Below, piece by piece: positions 62,127-64,000 of a stretch of DNA of 64,000 nucleotides. The stretch lies in NCBI GenBank assembly GCA_963848135.1, contig CAWKCK010000002.1, positions 124,001 to 188,000 of the forward strand, written 5' to 3'. Position 1 is the first letter of the stretch, and the number at the start of each line of letters is the position of its first letter. The DNA comes from an uncultured delta proteobacterium. Lineage in GTDB: Bacteria; Desulfobacterota; Desulfobacteria; Desulfobacterales; SG8-13. The translations under genes were made by a program, and so were the position numbers. Under the pieces are notes generated by a model. That model had not been told where the DNA came from. It worked only from the letters and a program-made list of their open reading frames with translations, and made no database searches.

Positions 62127-62351
62127 TTATCCCAGAAGGGGCGTGACGATCATTTCGATAAACAGGTATGTGAGTATCCCGATAGCGCCCGCCAACATGG
62201 CAACAGCATAGATTTGCGCGTTTTTGTGGCGGCGTTTTTCCTTCTCATCGTAAAACACAAATTTACCGCACTTGATACATCTCAGTTTTGCCAGTTTCAG
62301 GGTTATGACATGCCCACAGGCACATTGAACCTCTTTAGGGGGTAGCGGCAT
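62127..62351 (-). CDS. Small zinc-ribbon protein with C-terminal TM helix
   Basis: CxC-x12-CxxC, basic linker, hydrophobic C-terminus. Confidence 0.75.
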   Translation of the reverse strand: MPLPPKEVQCACGHVITLKLAKLRCIKCGKFVFYDEKEKRRHKNAQIYAVAMLAGAIGILTYLFIEMIVTPLLG

Positions 62352-62420
62352 GGACGACTCAACTCACTTTCAGGTTAATTTCGTTGCGCGCATGGATTGA
62401 CGCTAATTTCCGCGTACGTT

Positions 62421-62840
62421 CTATTCCTGTTTCTTGCCGTCCGCCGAAGCAACGTCATTAAAAGACTTGAAATAGTCGATCGTGTCTCGTCTCAGTAAGA
62501 AATAGGTCGAGAGGCAGAAAAGTATTAGAACCGTCGCAGTCACCACACTCAGGTCGTAATCAGGTTTTTGAAAGTATATATATAGTAGCAATAAATAAAA
62601 CAGAATGATCACGAAATTAAAGAACAGGCAAAGCGGTCTCGCCCATTTATTGATACCGGCAATAAAAAAACAGATGGAAATACCGACAATGAACATCAGG
62701 TAATCCCTTCGCACCAGGGTATCATCGGTAAAAACCTTATAATAAAAGATGAGGTGCACCAACCATCCAAGCGTAAGGGTTACAATGGCCAGTTTAATGA
62801 ATGTCGGATACGTGTCGAACTTAATTTCCAGGTTAAACAT
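62421..62840 (-). CDS. Hypothetical membrane protein (about 4 TM)
   Basis: Four hydrophobic segments, KWAR loop. Confidence 0.75.
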   Translation of the reverse strand: MFNLEIKFDTYPTFIKLAIVTLTLGWLVHLIFYYKVFTDDTLVRRDYLMFIVGISICFFIAGINKWARPLCLFFNFVIILFYLLLLYIYFQKPDYDLSVVTATVLILFCLSTYFLLRRDTIDYFKSFNDVASADGKKQE

Positions 62841-63295
62841 GGTTTCTTCCAGTTAAATTTCTCGCATCTTCAGTGGTATCCAGCATTGGCACCGGTTTTT
62901 TGTTGGTGCGCCCGAACGTCCGAGATTCAATGAACGCATTCTCATTCCACGAAAGTATCCCCCTATAATGCATTTGCATCCTCCAAGGCAAGCCAAAATT
63001 ATTGATGGTCCTCATCGGTATGGATCCGGAAAATTGAACGCACTCTATATTGTCTCCAGGCGGGCGCACTTATAACCGGCAGATTATGTGGTTAAAGTCA
63101 TTCTGGGAAGTGTTTTCCGTAATTGTTGAATCAGAGCTGAGGTAACGATTTGAAGCCAAAGCGGGCCCTGTTTGAATACAATAGACCCTCTTAGGAGTGA
63201 ACTGTTGCAAGCCCGGCTCTCAGATTTAGACCATAAATTTTTATGAATACCCCCCCAAACCGATACAAAATTCAAAAAAAAAGTCATCTTTTTTC

Positions 63296-63323
63296 TTGAC
63301 AAAAACGAAGCATCAATTATAAA
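63296..63323 (+). promoter_or_regulatory. sigma70-type promoter for tetR
   Basis: TTGACA-16 nt-TATAAA with upstream A/T tracts. Confidence 0.55.
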
Positions 63324-63357
63324 GACCTATAACAACTAAATAGGATTCAGAAAAGAA

Positions 63358-64000
63358 ATGGGCATACAAGAGCGGAAAGAACGTGAACGCGAACGACGGC
63401 GTCAGCAGATCATCGTTGCCGCTAAACGCGTCTTTTCCGCCAAGGGTTTTAACAAGGCCACCATGGAAGATATTGCCAAGGAGGCGGAACTTAGCCCCGG
63501 CACCATTTACATCTATTTCAAGAATAAGGACGAGCTTTACGCGTCACTTTCTCTCCGTATACTTAAACATCTCAATATCCGCCTGGAACACGTAAAAAGC
63601 GAATCATACAGTGATCACAATGAACGCATCGTCTCATTGAAAAAAGCCCTTTACGACGTATACGCGTTTGACCCTCTCATTCTCATTAACATGTTTCATC
63701 TTCAATCCAGTGAAACCCTGAAAAATCTTTCCCCGGAGTTGCTGGATGAAATTAAACACCTTTCGCGCAGTTCGTTAGGAACCATGGCCGACATATTCGA
63801 AGAGGGCATCGATCAGGGTGCATTTATAGACCAGCACCCGGTGGCTTTGGCCGATATTTTATGGGCCATGTTTTCAGGGATCGTTCTCTGGGAAGAAAGC
63901 AAGCGCATTATCAACGAGGACAAGGACTACCTCAAACCGACGCTCGAGGCAGCCTTCGAGATATTTCGACAAGGTATATCCAAAGTTGTGCTAACGGATG
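63358..64000 (+). CDS. TetR/AcrR-family regulator (3' end outside window)
   Basis: Not in the ORF track because it has no stop; translated by hand: MGIQERKERE...KGFNKATMEDIAKEAELSPGTIYIYFKNKDELY. Confidence 0.93.
   Translation, partial: MGIQERKERERERRRQQIIVAAKRVFSAKGFNKATMEDIAKEAELSPGTIYIYFKNKDELYASLSLRILKHLNIRLEHVKSESYSDHNERIVSLKKALYDVYAFDPLILINMFHLQSSETLKNLSPELLDEIKHLSRSSLGTMADIFEEGIDQGAFIDQHPVALADILWAMFSGIVLWEESKRIINEDKDYLKPTLEAAFEIFRQGISKVVLTD

Noticed and set aside
63065..63094. dif/Xer-like site (ATAA-N8-TTATGT)
   Set aside because: 8-nt spacer and poor match to the outer XerC and XerD arms

Overview
Gene-dense, mostly housekeeping chromosomal segment. Gene content (2-oxoacid:ferredoxin oxidoreductase, folE2, anaerobic cbi/cob cluster, MglA, HDOD/PilZ proteins, sigma54-type promoter) suggests an anaerobic deltaproteobacterium such as Desulfobacterales; this taxonomy is an inference. 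Order: korB(partial)-korC; <Ser/Thr kinase-DUF1566, metallophosphoesterase, pilD; lon-tsaB; psd-pssA; asd-greA-rpoZ-ttcA-folE2; <dacB, TIM barrel, ihfA; PilZ; <CDF transporter, YdcF, cobT; cbiA-C-D-ET-F-G-H-P-cobU-cobS-cobD-cbiB-cbiR running on into a thioesterase, a ChoD-like GMC oxidoreductase and recC; a 4.1-kb signalling/flagellar-type block (Zn-finger-HDOD, two hypotheticals, FliK-like, FlhB-C-like); recB-recD; <pqiC-like, mlaD, mlaF, mlaE; ispF-uvrB-uvrC; <mdh; mglA-DUF4388/cNMP-PilZ-purC-ParB-like; two small membrane proteins; tetR (partial). I saw no rRNA, tRNA, CRISPR array, transposase, integrase or prophage gene. Best candidates for something new: (1) an orphan MglA GTPase clustered with a DUF4388-tandem-cNMP protein and an intact PilZ protein; (2) a ParA-less ParB-like gene surrounded by a repeated palindrome (core TTGC-S-GCAA, 14 bp identical twice); (3) a probable ATC start for cbiA; (4) a cob operon extended by cbiR, a thioesterase and a GMC flavoprotein while lacking cbiJ/cbiL/chelatase; (5) recC separated from recBD. 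All calls come from manual motif reading; no searches were run.
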